Positions 52,334 to 62,871 of a DNA stretch of 64,000 nt are shown one piece after another. The DNA comes from a virus (lineage: Duplodnaviria; Caudoviricetes). Position numbers and translations under genes: made by a program. The notes beneath the pieces were generated by a model. It did no database searches, had not been told where the DNA came from, and worked only from the letters and a program-made list of their open reading frames with translations. Positions within the stretch are counted from its first letter, which is position 1. The number at the start of each line of letters is the position of its first letter. Where the stretch lies: positions 78,795 to 142,794 of IMG/VR virus record IMGVR_UViG_3300024331_000152; one strand, written 5' to 3'.

Positions 52334-55267
52334 GTGTACTCAGAGAAGACCATTATCCGGAATCTCGAAGCGTTCGAGGCAGAGTACGGATGGATTCCGC
52401 GCCGCCACAGTTTCGATGAGGTGCAAGAATTCAGTGCATTGATCCGCAGAATCACGGTCATTGAGAGTAATAGCAAAACCTCCCGCATCGATCTCCGTGG
52501 CAACATCACCGAAAAGCTGAAGAATGATATTCGCCGCTTCATCGAGAATGAGCAGGTACTTTGCTGTCTCGACTCAGCGTACTGGGAATCAAATTATGCC
52601 TATGTTTGCTGCCCATACGAAGCGCCAGTATGGATGGCCGACTACACGTTCAAGCCTATTGGAGAGATCCAACCGGGGGACGAAATAATCGGCTGGAAGC
52701 TGACGCCACTCTTGTCAAACAAAAAGCTTGGCATCCGTACTCATAGTATTTCTGGCAGGAAAATGCAGCAAAATAGAGAGCGCCTTGCGAAGACAAAAGT
52801 TATTTCAGTAAACAAGCGAATCGCGCCGGTCGTAAAAATTACGATGGAATCAGGACAGGTAATTCGCTGCACTGCAAATCATCTTTGGTCTAGCGGGGAA
52901 AACGATAGAGGTAGATATCCGTGGATTGAAGCAAAAGTCGGCAAACATCTTCGTAAGGTGGTCGATCTCTATCCTAATGAACCGCCAGATATAAGAACGG
53001 CGGCGTGGCTTGGAGGTATGTATGACGGAGAGGGATGCGGATCACAGATAGCGCAATTCAGGGAGCATAATCCCAAAGTGCATGCTCGCCTAATTGAGGC
53101 GATGCAGATATTTGAATTTAAGCAAAAATTCCAGAGCGGGAAAAGGGGGAAAGGCGAGGATTATGTTGGATTTTCCGATAAAGCAGTACATATAAATGGC
53201 GAGATCACGGGGAAGGCAAAATTTGCCGCATGGTGTAAGCCTATAAGAATCGAGACACTAGAGAAGAAGATTCTTCAAACGATGCGCGCGTACAGAGACA
53301 AGATTATCTCCATTGAGCCAGACGGAGAAGAGCCTGTATATTCCATGCAGACAGAAACCGGGAATTATGTGATATGGGGATATGCGAGCAAAAACTGTAA
53401 TGAGTCCGGACAGATTAAGAAGTTCCAGCCTCGCTTATCGCAGAAAGTTTATTGCTCGGTCATCGAAGAATTCGATGAGCAAGGCTTCCCCATCGAGTTG
53501 CTGATCCTGAAGGGTCGGCAGCTTGGAATCACAACACAAACAGCTCTCAAATTTATTCATCGACTTCTTTTCGTCCCACACACTCAGGCGATCATGGCGT
53601 CGGTCAAAACAAAATCCTCTGAACTCATCAAAAGAATCCTTGATACGGCATACGATGAATGTCCATGGTGGCTGAAGCCACAGCGCCTTCCAAAGCAGCA
53701 ATTTGCAAACGGATCAATCTTGTCGATCCAATCAGGCATGCAGGCCACCGGCCTCGGGCAGGGATGGACACCGACTCTTGCCCATGTTTCTGAGCTGGCC
53801 GACATTCAAGATCCAAAGAAAACCATCGAAGAGGGCTTGTTTCGCGCTATGCACTCGACGCCGAACCTGTTCATGGTTTTGGAAGGCACTGGAGGCGGCA
53901 GCACAGGGTGGCTTGCTGAGACATGGCGCGCTGCGAAAGCCGACTGGCATAAAGGCGAGCACCGTCTCCGCCCAGTCTTCATCTCGTGGCCGTTATGCCC
54001 AGAGATCTATCCGCCAGAGGGATGGATAAATCAGCATCCGATCAACAACTTTGATCCCCATCACGAGCCAACGAAGCGCCACGTAGCGCGTTGCGAAGCC
54101 TACATACGTAATACCGGCTATCTTTCACGAGTTGTACCGGGTGGCAGGAATTATAAGATGCCGGTCGAGCAGCAGTGGTTCTGGCAATTCAACTACAACA
54201 TGGCCTGCAAGAATCACACGCAGAAAACGTGGACATCGCAGATGCCTGCTGATGATTTTGAGTCTCTAATCGGCGAGCACGACAGTGTATTTGAAGAAGA
54301 GATCCTCAAAGAGCTTGAAGGAAATATCTACAACATAAATACAAAGACAGGAGAGAACGAGCGCGCCAAGCCGATGCAAGCGTACGCGATTCTCGGCCAC
54401 GATATCGTCGATAATTTCTACGATGAGAGCATGTTCGACTGGGATAAACCAGTGTTGCAGCTCACATGGAACTCCTATCGCGGGCAAACATACGAGTGGG
54501 AGCTTGTCCCGCTTATGGAAATCGATGAAAACGATGAACGCGCCACGATGGACAAGCTTCTGATCTATGAAGATCCATTTAGAGGCAACAACTACTCATG
54601 CGGAATCGATACTGCTGACGGCCTTGGTAAAGAAGACGAAGATCGCTCGGTCATTTCGGTGACAAAAAACAAGTACGCCGACCAGTTTGATATTCAGGTA
54701 GCAGAATTCACGACGAATCGGCTCAACTCTGCGCAAATTACGGCCTTTGCGGCGGCAATCGGCGCATACTACAGCCCTGCATGCCCTGATTCACGCGGAA
54801 TGAAGTATGCCATCGAGCAGATCAAAGGCCCGGGCGACACTTGTCAGCATCAGTTGAAGATGATGGGGTTCAATAATCACCACGATCCCCGTCGATACGA
54901 CACGAAAAAGATCATCGAGAAGAACAATTACAGACAAGGATTCTTCTCGACCGCGTGGAGCGTCTCAATGTTGATGGGGCGCTTCATTGAGGCCGTCAAT
55001 GGTGGATGGTACCGGCCTCAATCGAAATGGCTACTTGAGGAAATTCGCACTTTAGAGCGTCACAATGCGTCCGGGCGCTCTAAGATGGAGCACAGATCCG
55101 GACAACATGATGATCGCGTGCGCGCAGCAGCGATGTCGTACTTCACAGTTCACGATATGGACATTCTGGCGGAGCGCGCACAGAAAAAATACGCTGCGCC
55201 GAAGAAAAACACAGAAGTAAGCAAGGGAATTTGTGTCACAAATCGCATAGGCGTAGGCGACTGGTAG
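52334..55267 (+). CDS. terL: terminase large subunit with intein
   Basis: Walker A LKGRQLGITT, HVSE, LEGT, nuclease GIDTADG and HDDRV. Confidence 0.9.
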   Translation: MYSEKTIIRNLEAFEAEYGWIPRRHSFDEVQEFSALIRRITVIESNSKTSRIDLRGNITEKLKNDIRRFIENEQVLCCLDSAYWESNYAYVCCPYEAPVWMADYTFKPIGEIQPGDEIIGWKLTPLLSNKKLGIRTHSISGRKMQQNRERLAKTKVISVNKRIAPVVKITMESGQVIRCTANHLWSSGENDRGRYPWIEAKVGKHLRKVVDLYPNEPPDIRTAAWLGGMYDGEGCGSQIAQFREHNPKVHARLIEAMQIFEFKQKFQSGKRGKGEDYVGFSDKAVHINGEITGKAKFAAWCKPIRIETLEKKILQTMRAYRDKIISIEPDGEEPVYSMQTETGNYVIWGYASKNCNESGQIKKFQPRLSQKVYCSVIEEFDEQGFPIELLILKGRQLGITTQTALKFIHRLLFVPHTQAIMASVKTKSSELIKRILDTAYDECPWWLKPQRLPKQQFANGSILSIQSGMQATGLGQGWTPTLAHVSELADIQDPKKTIEEGLFRAMHSTPNLFMVLEGTGGGSTGWLAETWRAAKADWHKGEHRLRPVFISWPLCPEIYPPEGWINQHPINNFDPHHEPTKRHVARCEAYIRNTGYLSRVVPGGRNYKMPVEQQWFWQFNYNMACKNHTQKTWTSQMPADDFESLIGEHDSVFEEEILKELEGNIYNINTKTGENERAKPMQAYAILGHDIVDNFYDESMFDWDKPVLQLTWNSYRGQTYEWELVPLMEIDENDERATMDKLLIYEDPFRGNNYSCGIDTADGLGKEDEDRSVISVTKNKYADQFDIQVAEFTTNRLNSAQITAFAAAIGAYYSPACPDSRGMKYAIEQIKGPGDTCQHQLKMMGFNNHHDPRRYDTKKIIEKNNYRQGFFSTAWSVSMLMGRFIEAVNGGWYRPQSKWLLEEIRTLERHNASGRSKMEHRSGQHDDRVRAAAMSYFTVHDMDILAERAQKKYAAPKKNTEVSKGICVTNRIGVGDW
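52607..53395 (+). mobile_element. intein (263 aa) with LAGLIDADG-like endonuclease remnant
   Basis: block A CCPYEAPVWMAD, block B CTANHLW, WLGGMYDGEG, blocks F/G VYSMQTETGNYV..ASKN followed by C. Confidence 0.9.
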
Positions 55268-55277
55268 GAGGATAGCG

Positions 55278-55664
55278 ATGGCACTTGCAGTGAAAATCGT
55301 GTTTTGGCTAGACACGATCACGGGATTATACAAGATGGGCTTACCGGAGCAGTTCCCAGCGCCTCCGTACCACGAAAAGGTAGTTTGTGGGACCGCTCGT
55401 GAGGCTGAACTAATCTCGGCGATCATACGGCAACAGGAAGCCTCTCTTGAGTCTCGCAAAGACGAGGAAAGAGAGGAAATCGAGGGTCGCTTTCTTCGCA
55501 ATCTACGCGGTCACATGCATAATCAAATTGCCAACGCTAGTAATGCGATGAATCGTGATTTTCTGCGTTATTTTTTGGAAACCCAAGAGAAGCGGGTCGA
55601 TAAAAGAAAAATGAAGCGTGAAAGCTTCCTTCATTCAGAGGCATACGAGACGACTCGTCGGTAG
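55278..55664 (+). CDS. hypothetical protein between terminase and portal
   Basis: AGGAGG SD. Confidence 0.65.
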   Translation: MALAVKIVFWLDTITGLYKMGLPEQFPAPPYHEKVVCGTAREAELISAIIRQQEASLESRKDEEREEIEGRFLRNLRGHMHNQIANASNAMNRDFLRYFLETQEKRVDKRKMKRESFLHSEAYETTRR

Positions 55665-55748
55665 TCCAGAATCTGGATTAATAGACGTCAATTCTTTTTG
55701 GTTGTATGCTTTGCTAGAAATCCGGGGGAGAACGGAAATGAGCAGAAG

Positions 55749-57932
55749 ATGCCTGTACTTACAGATAGTCCTCACTATGCCAACATGCCTTCGACTACTT
55801 CGTGGCAAGTACCGCCGTTCGAAGCACCCCCGAGCGTGCGAATTGGATGGGTAGAAGAGCAAATTCAGGAAGGTGAGGGTTTTCTTGAGTCTCAGTCCTG
55901 TTACAAGGACTACGCTGCAAATCTGCGCGTCTTCAATGGGGTATTTAGAGATAAATCTCGCTCAAAACTGATCACCAATGAGCTGAAATACGACATTCGT
56001 AAGTTTTGCGAGACCCTCGCTGAGGTTCGCGAGATCGCGGGATACGGATCTGACGTTCCAACGTACAAAAGCTACGCCGAGATGCTGACAAAGGTCTCGA
56101 AAGCGATCTACCTCGAATCAGACTTTCCATTTCAGATTCTCAAAGTCCTCCAGTACGCCTCCGTCATGGGAGTTGGCTACCTCTGGCCAAAAGTGCGTGC
56201 CGATGAGTACGGTTGGGGTGAACGCAAGCTCGTTTTCGATGCACTCGGTCTACTTGACGTAGTTCCCGTGCAGATCCCGAAGAGCAATGACGTGCAGGAT
56301 GCGTATGCGGTCACCGTGTATGACTACATGCCGATTGCTGAGGCCCACGGTCGCTTCCCGCTGTTCCAAAGCAAGCTCCAGACAGTCGGACCTCGGAATT
56401 GGAAGACAACGGTGCAGGCACGTCGCCTTGATTACGCTGAAAAGTATCGTTTCGGCGGCGATCAGGGACGCACATTCGGCAATCTGTACACCGAGATCCG
56501 TTACACTTTCGTTCGCGATCTCCGGGTCAACACCACAGGCTACGAGTTGCCAATGGGTGATCCGGGGACGACGTGGTTTTACAAGATCCCGTATCTACGT
56601 CAGCAGATCTTCGGCGGATACCGCAATGACCAACCTCTCATGCGGGCTGCGGAAGTGGAAGACTGCCGCGTGTATCCGACATTACGACTGATCATAACGT
56701 CTTCCGGGCTCGATACGCCCATATATGACGGCCCCGCCTACGACTGGGACAGCAAGATCCCGGTCGTCCAGTACACGGTTGACGATTGGGCGTGGGAGCC
56801 GCTCGGCAGATCTCTCGTCGGCGACGTCGCAAGCATTGAAACGACCACCCGTAAGATCGAGCGCAAGATCGACGATGTCATTACGATCACGCTCAACCCT
56901 CCAATCGGATACGATCACACCTCAACAGGTGGTCCGAAGATCGAGCACTTCGACATCTTCGAGCAAGATGTGCGGTATGGTGTGGACGGCGAGCCGCGCG
57001 GCGTTATTCAGTCGATTCTACCTCCAGAAGTTCGAGTAGACGCAGCTCATTTCAAATTTCTCGACTACCTGAAGGAAGCAAAACAGGCGCAGCTTGGTCT
57101 CATTGACCTCGGCAATTTACAGGCGATGAAGATGAACATCGCTAACGACACTGCCGACAAAATGCTCGAATCGATTGGTCCAATCGCTAAGGGCATCGCG
57201 GCGAGAATCGAGAAAGGCAATAAGGCTGTCGGCCAGCGGATGAAGTTCCTAATCCTGCAATGGTTCAACGCGAGCCGGATCATGGAATATGTCGGACCTG
57301 ACGGCGTGGCGCGCGAGGTATTTGACTACAAACCAGACGATATGGTCCCGAGTCATATGCCGGACGAGTTTTCTCAGGGACAATTTCCTAAAGAACCTTC
57401 ACGTTATGACGCTTTAACGCGTGCGCGCTGGTTCGCTCGGCAGATCCGGCTGACATCGGTTCCGAGTACGTTGCTGAGGATCACACAGATGCAACGCCAA
57501 CTTATGATGTTGCAGCTTAAGCGCACAGGCGCTCCGATCTCGTGGAGCACTGTAATGAAGAACCTAGACATCCCGAACTACGGAGAAGTCCCGGGCGACA
57601 CTGAGCGCGAGAAATGGTACAACGAGGAGATTGAACTCCAAAAAATGAAGCTTGTCGCTGCCGCTCAAGCACAACAGCTTATGCAACAGCTCGGGCTGCA
57701 ACCTCCCGGAGCGCCGCCCGATGGCGGCGGAGGCGGAGCCCCGGGCGGAGGAGGCGCTCCCGGAGGCGGTGGCGGTGGAGGCGGTGGAGGCGGTGCACCT
57801 CCTGCTGGCGGAATAGGAAGCGAGAACAAGCCTCATCCGGGCGGTCGTCCTCCTTCAGGCCAAAAACCCCCCGAAATTAAATCCAAAGGAGCAGCAGGCG
57901 GTACACCAAGAACTGTAATAACGGAAAGCTAA
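55749..57932 (+). CDS. portal protein with Gly/Pro-rich C-terminal tail
   Basis: size and position; ASVMGVGYL, GRSLV, coiled-coil C-terminus. Confidence 0.75.
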   Translation: MPVLTDSPHYANMPSTTSWQVPPFEAPPSVRIGWVEEQIQEGEGFLESQSCYKDYAANLRVFNGVFRDKSRSKLITNELKYDIRKFCETLAEVREIAGYGSDVPTYKSYAEMLTKVSKAIYLESDFPFQILKVLQYASVMGVGYLWPKVRADEYGWGERKLVFDALGLLDVVPVQIPKSNDVQDAYAVTVYDYMPIAEAHGRFPLFQSKLQTVGPRNWKTTVQARRLDYAEKYRFGGDQGRTFGNLYTEIRYTFVRDLRVNTTGYELPMGDPGTTWFYKIPYLRQQIFGGYRNDQPLMRAAEVEDCRVYPTLRLIITSSGLDTPIYDGPAYDWDSKIPVVQYTVDDWAWEPLGRSLVGDVASIETTTRKIERKIDDVITITLNPPIGYDHTSTGGPKIEHFDIFEQDVRYGVDGEPRGVIQSILPPEVRVDAAHFKFLDYLKEAKQAQLGLIDLGNLQAMKMNIANDTADKMLESIGPIAKGIAARIEKGNKAVGQRMKFLILQWFNASRIMEYVGPDGVAREVFDYKPDDMVPSHMPDEFSQGQFPKEPSRYDALTRARWFARQIRLTSVPSTLLRITQMQRQLMMLQLKRTGAPISWSTVMKNLDIPNYGEVPGDTEREKWYNEEIELQKMKLVAAAQAQQLMQQLGLQPPGAPPDGGGGGAPGGGGAPGGGGGGGGGGGAPPAGGIGSENKPHPGGRPPSGQKPPEIKSKGAAGGTPRTVITES

Positions 57933-58651
57933 TGAGCGTAGTGAAAATATACATCTTAAAAGACCCTACTACCGGGGACGTCCGGTACGTCGGGCTCACT
58001 CGCTTTCCGGTTAAGCGCCTTCACAACGAAATCAACTATCCCCACACAGTTCATCTCCGAAATTGGGTAGAAAGTCTGAAACGGTCAAAACTTCGACCGC
58101 AGATGGAGATCGTTGAGGATGTAGATGAGGAGTTGTCTGGAGAAGCAGAAAGGAGATGGATAGCGCATTACAAAGCCAACGGGGCTAGATTGATAAATTT
58201 TACCGATGGCGGCGAACGTGGATATCGATGCACCGAGGAATACAGAAGGGCGCTTAGCCTCGCGCTGACAGGTAAAAAGAGGGGTCCAATGTCTGCTGCC
58301 CATCGAGCGGCGATTGCCGCTGGAAACCGTGGGAAGAAGCGACCATACGTGTCCGCTCGGCTCGCGGTTTTCAATAAGTCTCGATCCGGAATCCCCTTGT
58401 CTGATGAGCATAAAGCTGTTCTATCTGCCGCCGTAAAACGTGCGATGACTCCTGAGGTGCGTGCACGTATGAGCATATCCAGACAAGGGAAACGCGCCTA
58501 TATCCAAACTAAAGAAACCAAAGCAAAAACTGCGGAAAGCCTCCGTAAATGGCATGCAGAGCATAAACAGGAATTCACAGAAACCATAAGGCGACGTGGA
58601 AATCACGTTGCGAATGATCCAAAATCTGGACGATTTGTCCGCAAGTCATAA
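57932..58651 (+). CDS. GIY-YIG homing endonuclease with NUMOD3-like repeats
   Basis: KIYILKDP..VRYVGLT..R, ERRWI, LINFTDGG. Confidence 0.85.
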   Translation: MSVVKIYILKDPTTGDVRYVGLTRFPVKRLHNEINYPHTVHLRNWVESLKRSKLRPQMEIVEDVDEELSGEAERRWIAHYKANGARLINFTDGGERGYRCTEEYRRALSLALTGKKRGPMSAAHRAAIAAGNRGKKRPYVSARLAVFNKSRSGIPLSDEHKAVLSAAVKRAMTPEVRARMSISRQGKRAYIQTKETKAKTAESLRKWHAEHKQEFTETIRRRGNHVANDPKSGRFVRKS

Positions 58652-58963
58652 CCGGGAGAAAGGAAAAAGCGATTGGCTATAAAAATCAGCACGCAGAAAG
58701 ACTACTTTGAAACAGAGGCTACCGTCGATCCGAAGTGCGACATAGCCGAAGTAAGCGATCTCCTGAGAGCGCTGAAGACCAACTGTAAGTTGATCATCTT
58801 GTACAACGGAGGCTCCGTTCAAGCAATTAACATCGAGATGCACACGAAAGTAAATGGAGACCAGCGCGACAGCATTCGTGGCATTCTTGGACTAAAATCG
58901 ATTGCTTTATAGGGCATAATCGCGCAGTATCAGCGCATTTATTAAGAAAAATATTAAAAATGC

Positions 58964-58992
58964 TTGACATCAAAACTATTTACGCTTACTTT
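58964..58992 (+). promoter_or_regulatory. sigma70-type promoter of the capsid operon
   Basis: TTGACA-N17-TACTTT with AT-rich upstream element. Confidence 0.65.
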
Positions 58993-59097
58993 CTCATTTG
59001 AATCCACGAGCGCGTGCCCTCCTAATGGGAATAAGTGACGGCTCAAGTCTGAAAAGGCTTGAGCCTTTTCATTTGTCTCAAAAAGGAGATCTCCGGT

Positions 59098-59217
59098 ATG
59101 GCAAAGGAAAAGAAGGAAAAGAAGGCTTCCGCGAAGAAGGGCGGCGGTAAGGCCCATATCAAGAAGGCCGGTGGCAAGGCAATCGGCGGCGGCAAGTCAT
59201 CGATGATCAAGGCGTAG
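59098..59217 (+). CDS. 39-aa Lys/Gly-rich basic peptide
   Basis: AAGGAG SD; MAKEKKEKKASAKKGGGKAHIKKAGGKAIGGGKSSMIKA. Confidence 0.65.
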   Translation: MAKEKKEKKASAKKGGGKAHIKKAGGKAIGGGKSSMIKA

Positions 59218-59233
59218 GAGAGCTGGCATATAA

Positions 59234-59515
59234 ATGGCAACTTCTCCGACACCGACGCCTCAGCAAGATCCGAACGCCGCTCCTCAGGGGGGCGGCGATC
59301 CCTCTCAGTCTCAGTCGAGCGCTCCATCCCAAGACCAAGCCAGTGATTTGCAGATGTTGCTTGCGCGCTGGTACCAGACCGCCAAGCAGATGTCAGCAGC
59401 CGATCCTCGGCTCGCTTCCGGTATGGAAAAGGTCGCAGCAGGAATTCAAGAAGCGCAGACAGCCCTCGTAAGTCCACAGCAGCCGACTTCGCTAGGTCAG
59501 CAGCCGTCGTACTAA
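59234..59515 (+). CDS. small Q/P-rich head-associated protein
   Basis: AGGAG SD; position before scaffold. Confidence 0.6.
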   Translation: MATSPTPTPQQDPNAAPQGGGDPSQSQSSAPSQDQASDLQMLLARWYQTAKQMSAADPRLASGMEKVAAGIQEAQTALVSPQQPTSLGQQPSY

Positions 59516-59542
59516 CCATCAACTCCGGGAGATAGAAACGAT

Positions 59543-60568
59543 ATGCCAACTGTTCACGAAGTCCTTAAAGCATCGGGAATGACGGACGACCAAATCGCGT
59601 CGCTCGATGCCAAGGTCACTACGGGTTTGAAGAGCGTACTCGACTCAGCCGAAAACGAGAAGAAGATCGGTGTCGATGCGCTCGCCAAGGCAGAAACAGA
59701 AAAACAGAATGCCGCCGCCGAACTTACAAAGGCGCAGGCAGCGTTCGAAGCGGCCAAGGCCGCTAAGGAGCAGGCGGAAGCCGAGAGACTCGGGAACGTT
59801 CGCTTCTACGAAGAAAAAATCACTCCGGCGCTGACCGGATGGGAGCAAGCGAAGAAAGATCTGGAGATCAAAAAGGCGAATGCAGAAGCCAAGGCCGCAT
59901 TCCTTGAGACGCAGATTGCGGGAGCAAGGGAAGCAGGTTTCCTGCCAGCGGACACGCCAGCTTTTGTACTCCCGAACAATCCAACGCCTCCTGATCCGCA
60001 GCGCGATGCAAACGGGCGCTTCGTTCCGGGTGGTGCGGGGAACGGCACGCCGGGGAGTCCGACATTCATGACTCCCGAGCAAATGGCCGCGCAGGCAGGT
60101 GATCGTTTGGCGGTTCTGAACGACGTGCAGTACGAGTACCAGAAGCTGTATGGCGCGCCGATGCCAATCATGCCGTCGCAGCTAGTAGCTGAAGCTGAAA
60201 AGCTTCGCCTTGATCCGAAGACATTCGCGGAGAGGCAGTTCAGGTTTGCAGAAAAGCGGCAGGAAATCGCCGACAAGGTAAAAGCGGAAGAGCATGCACG
60301 CATTGCCGCAGAAGCCACCAAGCCGTTCGAAGAGCAGCTTGCCGCGAAGGAAAAAGAGTTCAACGAAAAACTCGCTGCGCAGAGCCGCGAGTTTGCTGAA
60401 AGATCGTCGAGCAATCCGGATGTTCGGATTCCGCAGGCGAGCAGATTTAGTGAGCTGACCCGCGCGGTTCGCTCAAATGAGAGACCTGATCCGCTGAACC
60501 TGAATACAGAACAACGCAGGATGGCGACGCGGACGGCAATTCACAGTGAAGTCGCGGAACCTGTGTAA
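59543..60568 (+). CDS. capsid scaffolding protein
   Basis: A/E/K-rich coiled coil, RDANGRF motif, directly before major capsid gene. Confidence 0.7.
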   Translation: MPTVHEVLKASGMTDDQIASLDAKVTTGLKSVLDSAENEKKIGVDALAKAETEKQNAAAELTKAQAAFEAAKAAKEQAEAERLGNVRFYEEKITPALTGWEQAKKDLEIKKANAEAKAAFLETQIAGAREAGFLPADTPAFVLPNNPTPPDPQRDANGRFVPGGAGNGTPGSPTFMTPEQMAAQAGDRLAVLNDVQYEYQKLYGAPMPIMPSQLVAEAEKLRLDPKTFAERQFRFAEKRQEIADKVKAEEHARIAAEATKPFEEQLAAKEKEFNEKLAAQSREFAERSSSNPDVRIPQASRFSELTRAVRSNERPDPLNLNTEQRRMATRTAIHSEVAEPV

Positions 60569-60628
60569 CAAGCCAGTAGTCCGCTGCTGGTTGATAGAAA
60601 GACAGCTTCGGCTGAAAGGACATGAGAC

Positions 60629-61873
60629 ATGCCTCCGACAGATCCTCTGTACAACGAGATAGAAGCCAGTAACCTAGAGAGTGTTCGGCGCAACGTGGTT
60701 TTCAATAACCTCTTCGTCGATACTCCGTTTCAGGCGAAGCTCCGCAGAGCAGGCGTCTGGGACGAGTTCCTCGGCGGCGCGGGCATGATGGAAGGCATTC
60801 TCTACGGACGCACGCAGGGTGCTGCGGTGAATCCGGGCCAGACCGTCACCGTTACGCGTCAGCAGATCAACACCGGCATCAAGTTCCTGCCGAAGGCATA
60901 TGCCACATGGTATCCGCTGGACGACTGGGAAATGGATGACGGCTCCGGCAACGGCGGCGTGATCAACTCCGGTCCTTCTCGGATCGTAGATGAGTACCAG
61001 CTCTACATGGAGACCATGGTTATGACCATGAACACCATGCAGGAAATGGACTCCTTCCGTCACGGCCAGCCAGCCAACGCGCCCTTCGTGACAGACAACC
61101 GTTACAAGACCATCAACGGTCTTGACGAGGCGCTCAATAACGGCATCGACCCTTCAGTGTTCGGCAACCGGTACATTCAGTACGGCGGGCAGGCGCGCAA
61201 CGGCAATATCGGTACCGCGCTGAATTCTACGCCTCTCTACTGCGGTACCTCTGCGGGCGCGCCGGGGCAGATTGACTTCGCTGTTCTCATGAAGCTGTGG
61301 CAGCAGTGCAAGATCACGGGTGGTAACCCATCACTCGGAATCACCAATGTGATCGGCTTTACGGCAATCGCCATCGCGCTTGACGCGCAGCGCCGTGATG
61401 TGTCGAATACGCGCCACGACATCAAGTGGGACGGACTCAACTTCAACGGCGTGGACATCTACGCCGACCCGCTGGCTCCGTCCGCAAGCGCTGGCAATTA
61501 TCTGGAGCTTGCGCCGAACAGCAGCGGCAGCGGCAGCAACACGAACCTCGCAGACGGCGTTGGCGGCAGCACGCAGACGGCCTCTTTCACGACACCGCAA
61601 TTTGTCAACAGCGCTGGCGCGAACGTCACCGTATCGCCGACCGGTTCCGGCCTGCCGTCGAACACCACAATTCAAGCCTCCGAAGTTCTGTACTTCTTGG
61701 AGCCAGAGAGCTTCAAAATCCGCCCGACCAATAAGAAGGGCTGGAACTTCGGTCTGCGCCGCGCGCCAATGCCGAACAACGTGTCTATCGACGCGCTGTT
61801 CATGCGCCTCGGCATCAATCTGTACAACGTCCAGCCGCGTCACAACGCGTACGCATTCGGCTTCACGGCATAA
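60629..61873 (+). CDS. major capsid protein
   Basis: 414 aa after scaffold; INGL, YGGQAR, LNFNGVDIYADP, LYFL, PRHN C-terminal pattern. Confidence 0.8.
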   Translation: MPPTDPLYNEIEASNLESVRRNVVFNNLFVDTPFQAKLRRAGVWDEFLGGAGMMEGILYGRTQGAAVNPGQTVTVTRQQINTGIKFLPKAYATWYPLDDWEMDDGSGNGGVINSGPSRIVDEYQLYMETMVMTMNTMQEMDSFRHGQPANAPFVTDNRYKTINGLDEALNNGIDPSVFGNRYIQYGGQARNGNIGTALNSTPLYCGTSAGAPGQIDFAVLMKLWQQCKITGGNPSLGITNVIGFTAIAIALDAQRRDVSNTRHDIKWDGLNFNGVDIYADPLAPSASAGNYLELAPNSSGSGSNTNLADGVGGSTQTASFTTPQFVNSAGANVTVSPTGSGLPSNTTIQASEVLYFLEPESFKIRPTNKKGWNFGLRRAPMPNNVSIDALFMRLGINLYNVQPRHNAYAFGFTA

Positions 61874-61885
61874 GGAGAAGAATCG

Positions 61886-62509
61886 ATGCCAAATCAGCAA
61901 ATTCTACCCACATGGATAGCCCTCAACGGGGGCACGCTCACTTCTCCAAGCGGGCTGACCGATTCGCGCACTGGCCTGCCGTTTATGGCCGGTGGCCTGA
62001 ACGTCGGAGATTATTTCGATCTGACCGAAGGCGAAGCCCTCAGTCTGTCGAAGACGAGCGTCAGCACGCTACACGAGGGCCGGTATCGCTTCGTGCAGAT
62101 TGACTCCGGCGCAACGCTTGCGAATATCAAGACCGGCTCCATCGGCCTGATCCGCAGCCTTGCCGGTGGCAGCTATTCAAGCGCAGTCAACTACGTCACC
62201 ACAGGCGATCAGGCGAACAACTACCTCGGTCTCCAGCAGCCGCGCAAAGTCGTATTCCTTTGCCCGGTCACCGCAGGCCAATCGCTGACGTCCGGCGTGT
62301 TTGCTTTCGTACAGGAAGAGGGTGATGCGAGCGTCTACCTCGATGCGGCGGCAGTTACAACGGTCGGTGCGGCAGTTCAGATCCTCAGTACAGGTCTGAC
62401 GACGACGGCGGCAGCGCCAACCACCGCAACTGTGGGCATTGCGTCACAGGCCCCTGTTGCTGCCAGCCTCTGCCGTACGGAACTTACTGGTCCGGCGTTC
62501 CAAGGCTAA
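61886..62509 (+). CDS. capsid decoration/cement protein
   Basis: GRYRFVQ, FAFVQEEG; follows major capsid gene. Confidence 0.6.
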   Translation: MPNQQILPTWIALNGGTLTSPSGLTDSRTGLPFMAGGLNVGDYFDLTEGEALSLSKTSVSTLHEGRYRFVQIDSGATLANIKTGSIGLIRSLAGGSYSSAVNYVTTGDQANNYLGLQQPRKVVFLCPVTAGQSLTSGVFAFVQEEGDASVYLDAAAVTTVGAAVQILSTGLTTTAAAPTTATVGIASQAPVAASLCRTELTGPAFQG

Positions 62510-62520
62510 GGAGAGCGATC

Positions 62521-62871
62521 ATGAACCTCACGTCACTCGGATTTGGCGCGGCTGCGGCCCAGTTGTATCCCGACTTTGTCGGCAAACGCGCCATTTTCGT
62601 CGGTACCGGAGCAGGGCCAACTGCTCCGACCAACTCGGCAGCAACGGCGGATGTCATTACGCTTGCGCTGTCGAACTACTACATCGACTGCGTGTTGTCT
62701 GGTTCATCTACAGATGGAACAACGTTCATGGTCGCGTTTCCTTACCTGTCGGCTGGGCCGCGCGCAACATGGAAAGCGTTCTATTTCACGGTGGGCACGG
62801 CGGCACCGATCAACGGCACAGATTTATCGGCCAAGACTTTTGTCGTATCGGCGTTCGTCGGACAGTTCTAA
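62521..62871 (+). CDS. small virion protein
   Basis: AAGGAG SD; A/T/G-rich. Confidence 0.6.
   Translation: MNLTSLGFGAAAAQLYPDFVGKRAIFVGTGAGPTAPTNSAATADVITLALSNYYIDCVLSGSSTDGTTFMVAFPYLSAGPRATWKAFYFTVGTAAPINGTDLSAKTFVVSAFVGQF

Noticed and set aside
57715-57810. GGC/GGA-rich tract as a third GGY array
   Set aside because: It has 3-nt periodicity and encodes the poly-Gly tail of the portal protein.
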